A stretch of 64,000 nucleotides of DNA, from the NCBI RefSeq assembly GCF_001194135.2, contig NC_068987.1, forward strand, positions 15,826,538 through 15,890,537. Reading direction: 5' to 3'. The translations under genes and the position numbers were made by a program. The DNA is from Octopus bimaculoides (taxonomy: Eukaryota). Of the stretch, positions 24,361 through 36,293 are shown piece by piece. The notes under the pieces are model-generated. The model saw nothing but the letters and a program-made list of their open reading frames with translations. It searched no databases and had not been told where the DNA came from. The first letter of the stretch is position 1. Each line of letters starts with the position of its first letter.

Positions 24361-24830
24361 CAGAAAGACCTGTCTGGTCTCGCGACACACTCCTCCAAAA
24401 CCCCACTGCTCAGGTAGGACCTTTTCTCGGTTGTGCTTAGGTCTTGAGAAAACCGTTTCGTCGATCTCAACAATCTTCCCAGGACCTTCAACTTGAATTG
24501 GATGACGGAGCAAGTCCTTCGCACATATTTCCCTAACATAGCTGTCATATTCATCTGCTGTGCAATGGTTCATCTCCAGTTCATGAACACAAAACCGGAC
24601 AATTCTTTAACTGATGAGTAATGGAAAAGTACTACAGCCTTAAGAGGAAGAGTACCACCTTCAAACCATGTCTTTCCTCACTGATACAGACTCCATGCAT
24701 TCTCGGCTAAGTCTTTTTGTAGTGTAACATGCTTCTTCCTTTTACATAAGTTTATTTTGGGTATAACACCCTTTTCTTGTAAGTACGACGCAGGATACAC
24801 CTTTGTTCTCAGTGTCTCTATCATAGAAAC
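24355..24830 (-). pseudogene. Merlin / IS1595 (ISXO2-like) DDE transposase relic
   Basis: YLQEKGVIP, SVRK / TWFEGGTLPL, YVREICA...[47 protein letters not shown]; frameshifts upstream, truncated after FLY. Confidence 0.88.
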
Positions 24831-25157
24831 AAGTACTGTATTTTTTTTTTTCATCGAAACTCGGAAAGACTTCAAGCAAATTCAGGCTACAACTGTCTAA
24901 TTAGTCGTTCACCGGTGCTTAAAAATATTGTCTTTCTCTGCCCTTTTTAACAATTTAAAAAATATTTTCCAATATGAAATTTTAGAAACGTTCACGAAAA
25001 TAGCTTTAACTAATTTATTAACATAGAAATACAGAATGTATATTAACATCGGTATTTCCTGGTACTAAAATGATTATTAGGTTAGATAACCAGACCGGAA
25101 GAGAAAATAAGTTTAATCTAATTCCTCTTTCCCTCAAACCACTAGTTTGTAACATTT

Positions 25158-25505
25158 GGCTGTATGGTCAGAAGTTTACTCCTCATCCACATGATTCTGG
25201 ATTCGGTCCCAGTGCAATTTGGGCAAGTGTTTTCTACTATAGCTCTGGGTTGACCAAAGCTGTGCGAGTGGATTTGGTAGACGGAAACTGAAAGAAGCCC
25301 GTCGTGTGTTTGTCGTCCCCCACCCCACCCTACGGCTTGACAACCGATGTAGGTTTGTTTACATCTCCGTAAATTAGAGGTTCGACAAAAGTGCCTAATA
25401 TAATAACCGTATTTAAAAAAAAAAAAGGATTCGGGTCGATTCGTTCGTCTAAAATCTTTCAAGGCGGCGCCCCGGCTTGGCCGCAAACCAAAAGTTAAAA
25501 CAAAA
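25158..25505 (+). mobile_element. SINE family B, near full length
   Basis: tRNA-like head, gggcaagtgt core, gatttggtagacggaaactgaaagaagcccgtcg, cttgacaaccgatg, ggcggcgccccggcttggccgca tail. Confidence 0.85.
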
Positions 25506-25785
25506 ATAGCTATATATATATATATATATATTTAAAAAGAATGAAACCTTCCTTCCAACTTTCCTTCTAATAACGTTGTCGTTTAACCCCAGCTCAACCC
25601 GTGATTTGAGCCGACCTATAATCAGAGGCATTTAAACCAAAATCATTTCTTTCATTCAAACGAAAGTCATTTTCTCTTCCTTTTCTAAGGTAAACGTCTT
25701 CAGTACTGTATTATCCTTGATACTTATCTCCTTCCTTTTTAAAACCCGTAGGATGTGATTTTAGAGAGATTTGGTTCCTTTCTTG

Positions 25786-25957
25786 TGGAGGCGCAATGGC
25801 CCAGTGGTTAGAGCAGCAGACTCGCGGTTTCAATTCCCAGACCGGGCGTTGTGAGTGTTTATTGAGCGAAAACACCTAAAAGCTCCACGAGGCTCCGGCA
25901 GGGGGATGGTGGCGAACCCTACTGTACTCTTCCACCACAACTTTCTCTCACTCTTTC
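25786..25957 (+). mobile_element. SINE family C 5' half, cut by a Merlin-type element
   Basis: Matches 39853-40030 and breaks at ctctttc|GGATCT. Confidence 0.88.
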
Positions 25958-26181
25958 GGATCTTTTTTAAAACGGGGGCCACATTTTTCATTAACGAAAC
26001 ACTTTGAAACTTGGAACACTGGTAGAATGTGTCATATAAAACATCTTTTTCTCTTAGTCTTCTTTAAAAAAAAAAGAAATCCATAAATTATTCCATGTTA
26101 AAGTTGTCGTATTTCTGTAATTTCAACCAGTCACTGACGTCCATTCAGCCGATATACATTAAGTGCCGACTACATAAACAA
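25958..26181. mobile_element. One-armed copy of the 13588-14156 Merlin-type element
   Basis: Reverse complement of ~13933-14156 with few mismatches; second end absent. Confidence 0.88.
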
Positions 26182-26384
26182 ATGAAATAAGTTTAGAAGA
26201 GTTTCCACCATCTACCTGTATCTTTTATATTGTCCAAATATTTCGAGCAACTGATCTTATTGGAGTTACCTCCCTTATCTGTTTTCAGGGTTTTGAATAC
26301 ATTTGGGAGTTTTTCACAAATTGGTTAATTTCGCTTGATCGAAATTTGTCAGTTCGCTATAATATATACCATTTCTCTCTGCCT

Positions 26385-26415
<31 letters not shown>

Positions 26416-27494
26416 NNNNNNNNNNNNNNNNNNNNNNNNNNNNNNNNNNNNNNNNNNNNNNATATATGTCCGACTGTATTTGTATATAGGATATAAAAAA
26501 TACCACTCTTGGTAGTGGTGATTGTGATTTTATTTACAAGAACCATGGCGATGGGTATACTTATGAAGTGGGTGATAGCAAAGTGTTAATGTATTGTTTT
26601 GATAACGGTGATATATAAATAAAACACTACTGAAGTCACGAGACTTCACGTAGATGACTCAAAAGAGAAAGGAAAAAAATCGTGTTGGGCGAGCATTCGA
26701 CGACCGATGGATTCGGGGGATGTATACGTCTCCCGATAGCTAACATCGTCCATCACCGCACCTTCAATACCACCGTAACTACCATCTATACCGCTTCTGG
26801 ATAGTATCGTTGTTAGCACTGAAAAATACTTGCTTGTCATATATTCCACCCAGCCAGGTTTGTGTTTTCTTATTACTTGTGTGTGTATGTGAGAGACAGA
26901 GAAAGAGAGAAAGTTTTTAAGAGAGACGGGGGTGTGACTAAACGTATGTCCATGTGAGAGAAAGAAAAGATGGAAAGAGAATGACGATGGGAGGAAGAGC
27001 AGGGGTATTCGCTTGAGAGGGAGGAAGAGAGAGAGACACTTTGTGAGTGAAAGAAAGGGAATCTAGTCAACATGTTTTAATTGTGCTTCTGTATCGACAT
27101 ACATTTATCTGTCTAATCTTTGAATGTGCACGAAAACAACAACATTGAAACATTTGATTGGGAACTATATTTAGATGTGTATTTATGAAAATGACGTTAT
27201 GAAGAAGCAGCCATGCATTTCACAACATCACATCTTCCCACGTCTTGTAAATGATATCGGCCTTCATCTCTAGGTAGGAAATCGCTTCTATTTTTTGTTA
27301 TTTTTGTTAGTCGGTGGGAGGAAATGATTATTTCTTTGTTAAGCTAACACCGTCTAGTTTTCTTTGTTTCTCTGTCTTTCCACACAACCACCTGGTCTTT
27401 GTTTATCACTTTCTCTCCTGTAACCACTCCACTTCTTACCTTTTCTATCCACCCCTTCAGTCAATGCATCATTCGTTTTACTATGCACACCACT

Positions 27495-27533
<39 letters not shown>

Positions 27534-29171
27534 GTGTATGTGTAATAGGTTGTGCGAATCGCATGCTTGAAATTGTTTATATTTTATTTAACTTATGTTG
27601 AATTAATTTTTATATATTTTATTTAACTTATGTTGAATTAATTTTTATATATTTTATCGGTGGTGGAGAAATGAAAAACTTAGTTTGCCTATTACTGGCA
27701 GGTTTAGAACACGAGGTAGCCTTTGTATGGTTGCCCCAACATGCATATACGGTAGTTGCCAAATTTCCCTACATCTAAGGCACATTTGATGTTAAAATCC
27801 TTAAGGACAGATGGTAGCAGCTGGAGTGCTTTTGATTATAAGATCTACTCGATCTATGCTAGGGTTAGACGCAGCCAGTCTGGATCTCCAACTAGACCCT
27901 TACACGTTTAGTGCAGAATAAATACTGGAGGGTTATTTATTTACTTACGATATAGGCTTTTTCTCTTTCTATTTTCTTTTTCTCTAAGGAAAGAGGTCTC
28001 GGGTGCTGGCTGTTCCTAGTTGTATTTTCATTGTAAGCGAAGTGGCTTGAACCGAAAATCGAACAGTCACGGAACTACTGATAGAGCTTTTCGAATTTAC
28101 CGTTTGCCCTTACACGTAGTTTAAGCAGCCGCTATGTGGTCGCCCTGTCTAGTAGAAAAGAGTCAGATCTTTAGTAGTGTCCTAAATAAGAAGACACCTT
28201 GTATAATGTTATCTTAGATATGGTCACAATTCTTATACTGTTTTTGATGACGGGTCTCTGCAGTTAGTTAATCAGGATTGTGCTAACAACTTTAGCCTTG
28301 CACACCTAAGCATTTTTTTGCGTACATGTACACAATTAACTACACATACACACAACTCACATATGCGGTGCTCTAGCATGGCCTTCACAGTGATGACTAA
28401 AACAAATAAATATAAAAAAAAGGGTTTATGACAATGTTATCATTGTGGTTTCTCTCATGTAAGCTAATTCGTGTTTCCGCATCTATCTGTGCCCATATAA
28501 TCTCCCTAACCCTTTCATACCCTTTGTTCATTGTCTGACGTTTCAAACTGTAAACAAAATATCCTATGCGGCTCTTACTCAAGGGGTGGCCAATTAACGC
28601 GCGNNNNNNNNNNNNNNNNNNNNNNNNNNNNNNNNNNNNNNNNNNNNNNNNNNNNNNNNNNNNNNNNNNNNNNNNNNNNNNNNNNNNNNNNNNNNNNNNN
28701 NNNNNNNNNNNNNNNNNNNNNNNNNNNNNNNNNNNNNNNNNNNNNNNNNNNNNNNNNNNNNNNNNNNNNNNNNNNNNNNNNNNNNNNNNNNNNNNNNNNN
28801 NNNNNNNNNNNNNNNNNNNNNNNNNNNNNNNNNNNNNNNNNNNNNNNNNNNNNNNNNNNNNNNNNNNNNNNNNNNNNNNNNNNNNNNNNNNNNNNNNNNN
28901 NNNNNNNNNNNNNNNNNNNNNNNNNNNNNNNNNNNNNNNNNNNNNNNNNNNNNNNNNNNNNNNNNNNNNNNNNNNNNNNNNNNNNNNNNNNNNNNNNNNN
29001 NNNNNNNNNNNNNNNNNNNNNNNNNNNNNNNNNNNNNNNNNNNNNNNNNNNNNNNNNNNNNNNNNNNNNNNNNNNNNNNNNNNNNNNNNNNNNNNNNNNN
29101 NNNNNNNNNNNNNNNNNNNNNNNNNNNNNNNNNNNNNNNNNNNNNNNNNNNNNNNNNNNNNNNNNNNNNNN

Positions 29172-29325
29172 TATATATGACGGGTTTCTTTCAGTTTCCG
29201 TCTACCAAATCCACTCACAAGGTCGACCCGAGGCTATAGTAGAAGACACTTACCCAATGTACCACGCAGTGGGACTGAACCCGGAACCATGTGGTTCGTA
29301 AGCAAGCTACTTACCACACAGCCAC
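29172..29325 (-). mobile_element. SINE family B 5' half (3' half in gap)
   Basis: gacgggtttctttcagtttccgtctaccaaatccactcac...agcaagctacttaccacacagccac. Confidence 0.88.
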
Positions 29326-29603
29326 CCCTGTAGTGCATTATATAGCTACATTGCACACACTATTGTGTGTTTCCTTTGTTCCTGAATCTTCTAGTGTAGT
29401 TTCTAATAAAAATAGTAGTGAAACCCAATATTATCTTGGAGTGGTTCGCGGGCCTCAATTCCTCCACTGTTGCTCTATGCCATCGCTTGTTTTGTAAGAA
29501 ACGGCAGCCAGATTTACCTGACATCAAACTTTATTGAATTAGAAAATGGAAAGAAAGTGTTAGGAGTTTTGTAGCTTTAGTTATATAAAAAGAGGGGAGA
29601 GTC

Positions 29604-29658
29604 ATGGCTGTAACGCCTTTTGATGAGTGTATACCAACAATGAAACATTACCCTGAAA
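29604..29658 (+). CDS. TRPML: Candidate first coding exon of TRPML (MAVTPFDECIPTMKHYPE + 1 nt)
   Basis: gtcATGG start, 55 nt open frame, AAA|GTGAGA donor. Phase 1 joins AC-ATG at 49132 in frame (codon AAC). Lies at the CpG-rich/poor boundary. Confidence 0.55.
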
Positions 29659-30217
29659 GTGAGACAGATACCCCATAGTGTTTCGAAAACAAAAATATTT
29701 GATCTGGGTTGATGATTCTGTTTGTGATGTTACACACTTAATTGAAATACCAGTTTTATTCATTTTTTACCCATATCCTTGTTCTCTTGCTGAATTTTTT
29801 TTTTTTTGTTTTTTTGTCGAATTCAGTTTCCTTATCCAGTTACTATTTCAGAGAGAAATGTAATATTTTCTGTGATTTAATGATTAAATTTTTTTTTTTT
29901 TTTTTACCAACTTTGATTTTTGCTTTGGTTGTTTATGGAACTATTTTGTTCATTTTTTTTTTTTTTGTTTATTTTTCATGTTTTCAATTGAAACTCTTTT
30001 TCAACATTCCCTCTCACATGTAATAAAAAAACTTTCGGAACAACACACACAAATGTGTGAACAAACAGAAGTTGCGTTTAATACATTTAGTTGGTGTTGC
30101 ATGGATTTAATAACAATTTGACTTGGCTCCAATTTACTGAAAGACATGTTCACCTCACCATATGTTCAAGACCCTTTATTGGGGTGAGTGTAACCCTTGC
30201 CTTTTAAAATCTTGGTA

Positions 30218-30430
30218 ATGTGGAGCTATGTGGTTAAGACGTTTGCTTTGCAATTATGTGGTTTTGGGTTTAGTTCCATTGCGCAGCACCTTGGGCAAGT
30301 GTCTTCTACAAGAGCCCATGGCTAACCAATTTCTTGTGAGTGAATTTGGCAGACAGAAAATATGTGAAAGCCTGTCTTGTGTTTTCTCCCACCATCACTT
30401 AACAACAGGTGTTGGTTTAACCATATTAGT
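30218..30430 (+). mobile_element. SINE family B, partial
   Basis: tgtggttaagacgtttgc...gcaccttgggcaagtgtcttctac...tttggcagacagaaa. Confidence 0.8.
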
Positions 30431-32228
30431 TTGCCTTATGAAAGGCCCTAGCAGGACCTTGCACTCTGCTGGTATAATTCTCAGGGTCATTGAGGTACAC
30501 AAGGTACCACTGCAGTGAGGACTGGACCTTGTGGTGATTTATAAAATTAAAATGCTTTAAAAAATATCTTAAACTTGTCCATCATTATGGCAAAGAAAGA
30601 ATTATGCTGATGTACAATCTGTTTTGTTTATTTTGTAATAAAGGGAGAGGACAAAAAAAAAATTAATATTTGGGTGGAAGATCCCTTGTTACATATATCA
30701 GTTTGAGGACAGTGTAGTTTGATAGAAGCAGATTTGTACTTCAAATTCTTGAATGGCTTTGCTACTCAACCAGCTCACTGCCAGTTCAAAGAAAGAAGTA
30801 AAAAATCACCTCTAGTACTTAGCTGCTGCTTTATTGAATCATGAAGGATGTACAATGAATGGAATTATCTCATTGTGATATGACCCCAAAGTGCAGAGTT
30901 GGGACACCTTTTACAATACCTAATGTTTCCTTAATGCTGTCACACTATGGAGTTAGAAATTTATAATCATGTAACTGGAAGTCCATTCATTATTTGAAAT
31001 TTGAACTCTTTATTCACTGACCATGACTATGAGTCATGAACTTCACCTTTCAGTGTGTTTGTTTTTCTATTCGTTTCTTGCATGGCAACAAATCCTTTTC
31101 ATTAATGTAGTCAACTAATCCAAATTCTCTAATGGCTTTCCCTCCCCTTAGCTCATAGATCGACTGTATGTTGTCAAGAGAATGATACATAGCAACCACA
31201 CATTCTTTAGCAGACTTGCTCATCTTTAGGAAATGCTCCAACACTGGAGATTCTCAGAACATGAACTTGATCTTGGGTATTAAATTTTGATACAATAACT
31301 ACTAATTAGCTTGCTTTTGCACATGTGTACTTGTCAAAAACTGTTATCAACAAGTATGTAAACTTACTCCACATACACACACTTCTATGCACTTACCAAA
31401 GTTTGTGACATGGACACATTTTTGACACACTAACTATTTCACTCAAATTTTTTTATACTCGCCATTAATATCATGTATGCGCACATACACACGCACAACA
31501 AACTTGTTTTCCCTCGCATGTTATTTTAGATGTTCATCTCCTCTAACATTTTTCTCTGGAAATTTCTTTCTTTTATTAAAGCTTGTGAAAATAACACTGG
31601 GTCATTACCCTGTATGATTCATAAGCTTTGATAAAAACTAGTATTTTTATATTTCAGAAGACTCCTTTCTTATCTTTATAATATAGTTCAATCTCTTCTC
31701 TTTGAAACAGCATTTTGTAAACTAAACATTTACGATGCTGATTACTGTAGCAATTATTATTCTATGCAGGGTCCATTACTCTATTTGCCTAAATCTGTTT
31801 CAGTTAAATTAGCAGTGACAGGAAGAATAGCCAGCTGTAAAAATATCCCATTGATATGTAAATTACTAATTAGATATAATTAGCAAAACACAATTTATCC
31901 ATGCAAGTATTCATGGAGACAAGTGGTTGAGAAACTAATTCAAATGTTGAAGAGTGTAACTTAACTAAAGTTCTTTTTATTTTAAGGTAATATATTGTTT
32001 TACTGATGTATACATTTACAGCAAGATGTGGACTATTTGTAAGGATTTTTTTTTTTTTTGTGCATGGTTTAGTCTGAAGGAAGGGAATGAACTCAGTCTT
32101 CAGAGGCCCTCCAAGAGCAGTGGAGTCATGCAGTTGATGTTCTTGAATCAACTGCAGGCTGACTATACAAAAAAAAATACCCATAAGCATGGTGGGGGGT
32201 GGGGAAGATTTCGGAGAATTGATGTTCT

Positions 32229-32461
32229 TATTTCTTCATTGCCCACAAGGGGCTAAACATAGAAGGAACAATCAAGGGCAGACGAACGGATTAAGTCAAT
32301 TACATCGACCCCAGTGCATAACTGGTACTTAATTTATCGACCCCGAAAGGATGAAAGGCAAAGTTGACCTCGGCGGAATTTGAACTCAGAACATAACGGC
32401 AGACGAAATACCGCTAAGCATTTCTCCCGGCGTGCTAACAATTCTGCCAGCTCGCCGCCTT
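32229..32461 (-). mobile_element. SINE family A, full length, with ~21 bp imperfect TSD
   Basis: gattt(c)ggagaa(t/c)tgatgttct at 32207-32228 and 32462-32482; CpGs retained. Confidence 0.92.
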
Positions 32462-34646
32462 GATTTGGAGAACTGATGTTCTGCAGAGGAAGAATTAAGC
32501 TTAGTGATTAGTGCAAGTATGACGTTATAAGCAATGTAGGTGAGGAACTAGATGGTCTTCGGTGAAGATGGCATGCGGCCAGTCAGCACTAAAAGCAGAG
32601 GCCAGTGTAGTAGTGGTGATGGTTGTAAAGCCTGAGGGAGGAGACAATACATCTGTAAGCCAAAGGCTGGAGTGTTACTAGGCAACACCATGGCTTTGAT
32701 TCGCCTATATTTTTTACCTAAGTTAGTGCTGATTTCTTTGGGAGAAAAAAAAAAAGCAATTACATTATCATATTTTTACCACAGCTTGTCTCTTTATTGG
32801 CCTTAACTCCTTCACTCTCATAGCTTCAAAGTTCTAGCAAGACTCAGTGATTATCAGAAATCTACTCTTTTGTTACATCAGTGAAGATATAGTTGCCATT
32901 CAACCCTAATAGGCATCGTCTAAGATGTTTCAGCCAGGATCATCTTATCTCCCAACTCCCAGAGACAGTGCATCAGACATACTATACAATGTCTCTCTCT
33001 TTATTAAAATGTTTGGGTATTAATCTGAGGAGTGTTTGGTTGCCAATTCAGTAACTTAAGTGACTACTTAGAGGCTCCTTTATTGGCTGAAGAAGAATAA
33101 ATATTTCTGTATTGATAGTTATATCTCCCAGTATATAATTTCACTTCAGTACATTCTGAGTTCAAACCTCGCAGGAGTTGATTGGGGATCTCTCTTAAGA
33201 ATTAAGAAAATAAACAGCAGGCCTGTTATGGGTCACCAATTCAATTGACTGTATTCTTCTGTAAAATGATTTCATGCCAGTGATAAAAATCAGTGTTTTA
33301 TCATTCGGATTATTCTGTTAATTGTTATGCTTATTTATTGACATTGTTTTGAATTAAACAGGTATTATCTCAAGGCTTTGAGACAGCAATGATGTGACTG
33401 TTTACTTTTAGAATGACATTGTAGGGTAGATGTGAGAGGTCAGATCTGGTCAGTTTAAACATAAAATGAGTTGACTATTTGGGCCATGTATGGCCAGATT
33501 AAATGCTAAAGGGTTAGCTAGAAGATAGCTGGGGTAGTGTTTAAGTATTTAATAGAAAAAAAAAACATTGACTGATAAAAATAGGACCATGTAAAAAGAT
33601 ATCTACTTAGGCTGTTCATCAAAAGTAGACATTTAATTAGTGATAAAGGCGGTGGTGATGCAAGTGGTGGTAGGAGGCACTTATACAATTAAATATACAA
33701 ACATGTACTTTCTTTAACCTCACTTAACCTTCCTAGTCACATATCTAATTAAAATCACCTGACAAACACTGCTACCACCACTACTACAAACAGCTATACA
33801 ATTCTGTGAGAGAGACCTATAAATAGTCATCTGACTTGCTAGAAATAGCAGCTGTGCCTTTCTGTAATCGCACAATACAGGCATCCTTTCTTTTAAGGAT
33901 GCTCAGTAGTGTAGTCCAAAATACTCTGAAAGCAAGACCAGATGGTCAATATTAGGATGCTTTTGATCATAATTCTGTACTCAGTTAAGACTGACCTAGG
34001 GCTAAACAGTACGAAGTGAGGAAGACTATACACTGTTGCATAACCTGCTAGAAATAGCAACCAAAATTTCTCTTGAATCACATTCATAATCATTTGACGT
34101 CCGTTTTCTATGCTAGCATGGGTTGGACGATTTGACTGAGGACTGGTGAACCAGATGGCTACACCACACTTTAGCATTTAATCTGGCCATATCTGGCCCA
34201 AGTATTCAACCAGTTTTATGTCAACTGACCAGAGCTAACTTCTCACCTACATTACAAGGTCATTCTAAAAATGAACAAAGTAAATCATTTGCTAAGAAGG
34301 GGAGGAAGAAGCTGGGATTCCCCATTAGTCAACTTGGTCATTTGCTGAGGTTGATGAAAATTCCCGTCCTTATGAATTAAAAGTAACAAGCTTTTATTCA
34401 TAAGTAATTCATATGAATCTGATTGGTAATTGATATTCAGTTCCTGGTATTTGCAAACAAACAAGGAAAGCTTGTATGAGAAAACGAGCTTGCTGTTTTA
34501 TTGGTTAAAACAAAAAATCCCATTAACATTGCACACTTAAAGAAAATGATCTTTTGTATCTTGTTTTTCACAATAAACTAATTGTATATAGTGCTCAGGT
34601 GAAATGTAGATTATATTCGTGGGAATATGTAAATTATATTCTTTGA

Positions 34647-34678
<32 letters not shown>

Positions 34679-35464
34679 NNNNNNNNNNNNNNNNNNNNNN
34701 NNNNNNNNNNNNNNNNNNNNNNNNNNNNNNNNNNNNNNNNNNNNNNNNNNNNNNNNNNNNNNNNNNNNNNNNNNNNNNNNNNNNNNNNNNNNNNNNNNNN
34801 NNNNNNNNNNNNNNNNNNNNNNNNNNNNNNNNNNNNNNNNNNNNNNNNNNNNNNNNNNNNNNNNNNNNNNNNNNNNNNNNNNNNNNNNNNNNNNNNNNNN
34901 NNNNNNNNNNNNNNNNNNNNNNNNNNNNNNNNNNNNNNNNNNNNNNNNNNNNNNNNNNNNNNNNNNNNNNNNNNNNNNNNNNNNNNNNNNNNNNNNNNNN
35001 NNNNNNNNNNNNNNNNNNNNNNNNNNNNNNNNNNNNNNNNNNNNNNNNNNNNNNNNNNNNNNNNNNNNNNNNNNNNNNNNNNNNNNNNNNNNNNNNNNNN
35101 NNNNNNNNNNNNNNNNNNNNNNNNNNNNNNNNNNNNNNNNNNNNNNNNNNNNNNNNNNNNNNNNNNNNNNNNNNNNNNNNNNNNNNNNNNNNNNNNNNNN
35201 NNNNNNNNNNNNNNNNNNNNNNNNNNNNNNNNNNNNNNNNNNNNNNNNNNNNNNNNNNNNNNNNNNNNNNNNNNNNNNNNNNNNNNNNNNNNNNNNNNNN
35301 NNNNNNNNNNNNNNNNNNNNNNNNNNNNNNNNNNNNNNNNNNNNNNNNNNNNNNNNNNNNNNNNNNNNNNNNNNNNNNNNNNNNNNNNNNNNNNNNNNNN
35401 NNNNNNNNNNNNNNNNNNNNNNNNNNNNNNNNNNNNNNNNNNNNNNNNNNNNNNNNNNNNNNNN

Positions 35465-35810
35465 AATGTTCAGCTTTTCTCTCAAGATACTTACACTCTG
35501 ACGGGTATTCACATTGACATTACACATCCAACGGAGCATACTGGCTTCATTCCTTGCGAGCTTACGTATGTCCTCAGCAGTTACAGCCCATGTTTCACTG
35601 CCATGTAGCATGGTTGTTCGTACGCATGCGTCATACAGTCTGCCTTTTACTCTGAGTGAGTCCCTTTGTCGCCAGCAGGGGTAAGAGCTCTCTAAACTTT
35701 GCCCAGGCTATTCTTATTGTAGCAGCTACACTTTCAGCGCACCCACCCCCACTACTAACTTGGTCGCCCAGATAGCGGAAGCTATCGACTACCTCTAGTT
35801 TTTCACCATA
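35465..35810 (-). mobile_element. RTE LINE C-terminal fragment running into a gap
   Basis: GEKLEVVDSFRYLGDQVSSGGGCAESVAATIRIAWAKFRELLPLLATKG and MLHGSETWAVTAEDIRKLARNEASMLRWMCNV. Confidence 0.92.
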
Positions 35811-35894
35811 TATATATATATTTATATAATGCATGTGTATATGCATACACACACACACAAGCAGAGAATCATTATTATACTGGACAAAAGACTT

Positions 35895-36293
35895 GGCATT
35901 TCTTCCAGTTCTGTACACTGAGTTCAAATTCCCCTGATGTCAACTTTGCCTTCCCTTTTGGGGGTTGACAAAATAAGTACCAGGCACTGGGTATGATGTA
36001 ACTGGTGTGCCCCATCACTCTAAAATTAATGACCTCATGTCAGAATTTGAAACTAATCTTCACTACATTTGGTGTACTTTTCTACTCTAGGCAAACGGCC
36101 TGAAATTTTTGTGGAGGGGGCCAGTCAATTAGATCGACTTCTCCTCCCTCTCCAGTATGGAACTGATACTTAATTTATTCACCCCAAAAGGATGAAAGGC
36201 AAAGTTGGCCTCAGCAGAATTTGAATGTAAAAGACGTGAAATACTGCTAAGCATTTTTCCTGCTATGCTAACTTTTCTGCCAGCTTGCTGCCT
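35895..36293. mobile_element. Two SINE A copies tail-to-tail (+ ~35895-36060; - 36078-36293)
   Basis: Family A core on both strands; minus copy flanked by the imperfect repeat actacatt(t/g)ggt(g/a)tac. Confidence 0.75.

Noticed and set aside
24139-24573. 144 aa ORF as an intact gene
   Set aside because: Chimera of a Merlin transposase piece and an out-of-frame CRE fragment; frameshifts upstream; later DDE residues missing.
26646-26849. 67 aa minus-strand ORF (…GIDGSYGGIEGAVMDD…)
   Set aside because: No recognisable domain or splice context.
27578-27657. Perfect 35 bp tandem repeat (x2.3); also 18 bp x3 at 47351-47404 and 16 bp x2.5 at 41881-41920, considered as CRISPR-like
   Set aside because: No spacers, no cas genes, eukaryotic context; ordinary slippage duplications.
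31050-31244. 64 aa minus-strand ORF in TRPML intron 1
   Set aside because: No motif recognised; could be a decayed element; needs a BLASTX search.
1629-35611. Long ORFs spanning N runs (1629-2813, 1657-2694, 28397-29301, 34619-35611)
   Set aside because: Artefacts of gaps translated as X; only the RTE portion at 35465-35611 is real coding-derived sequence.
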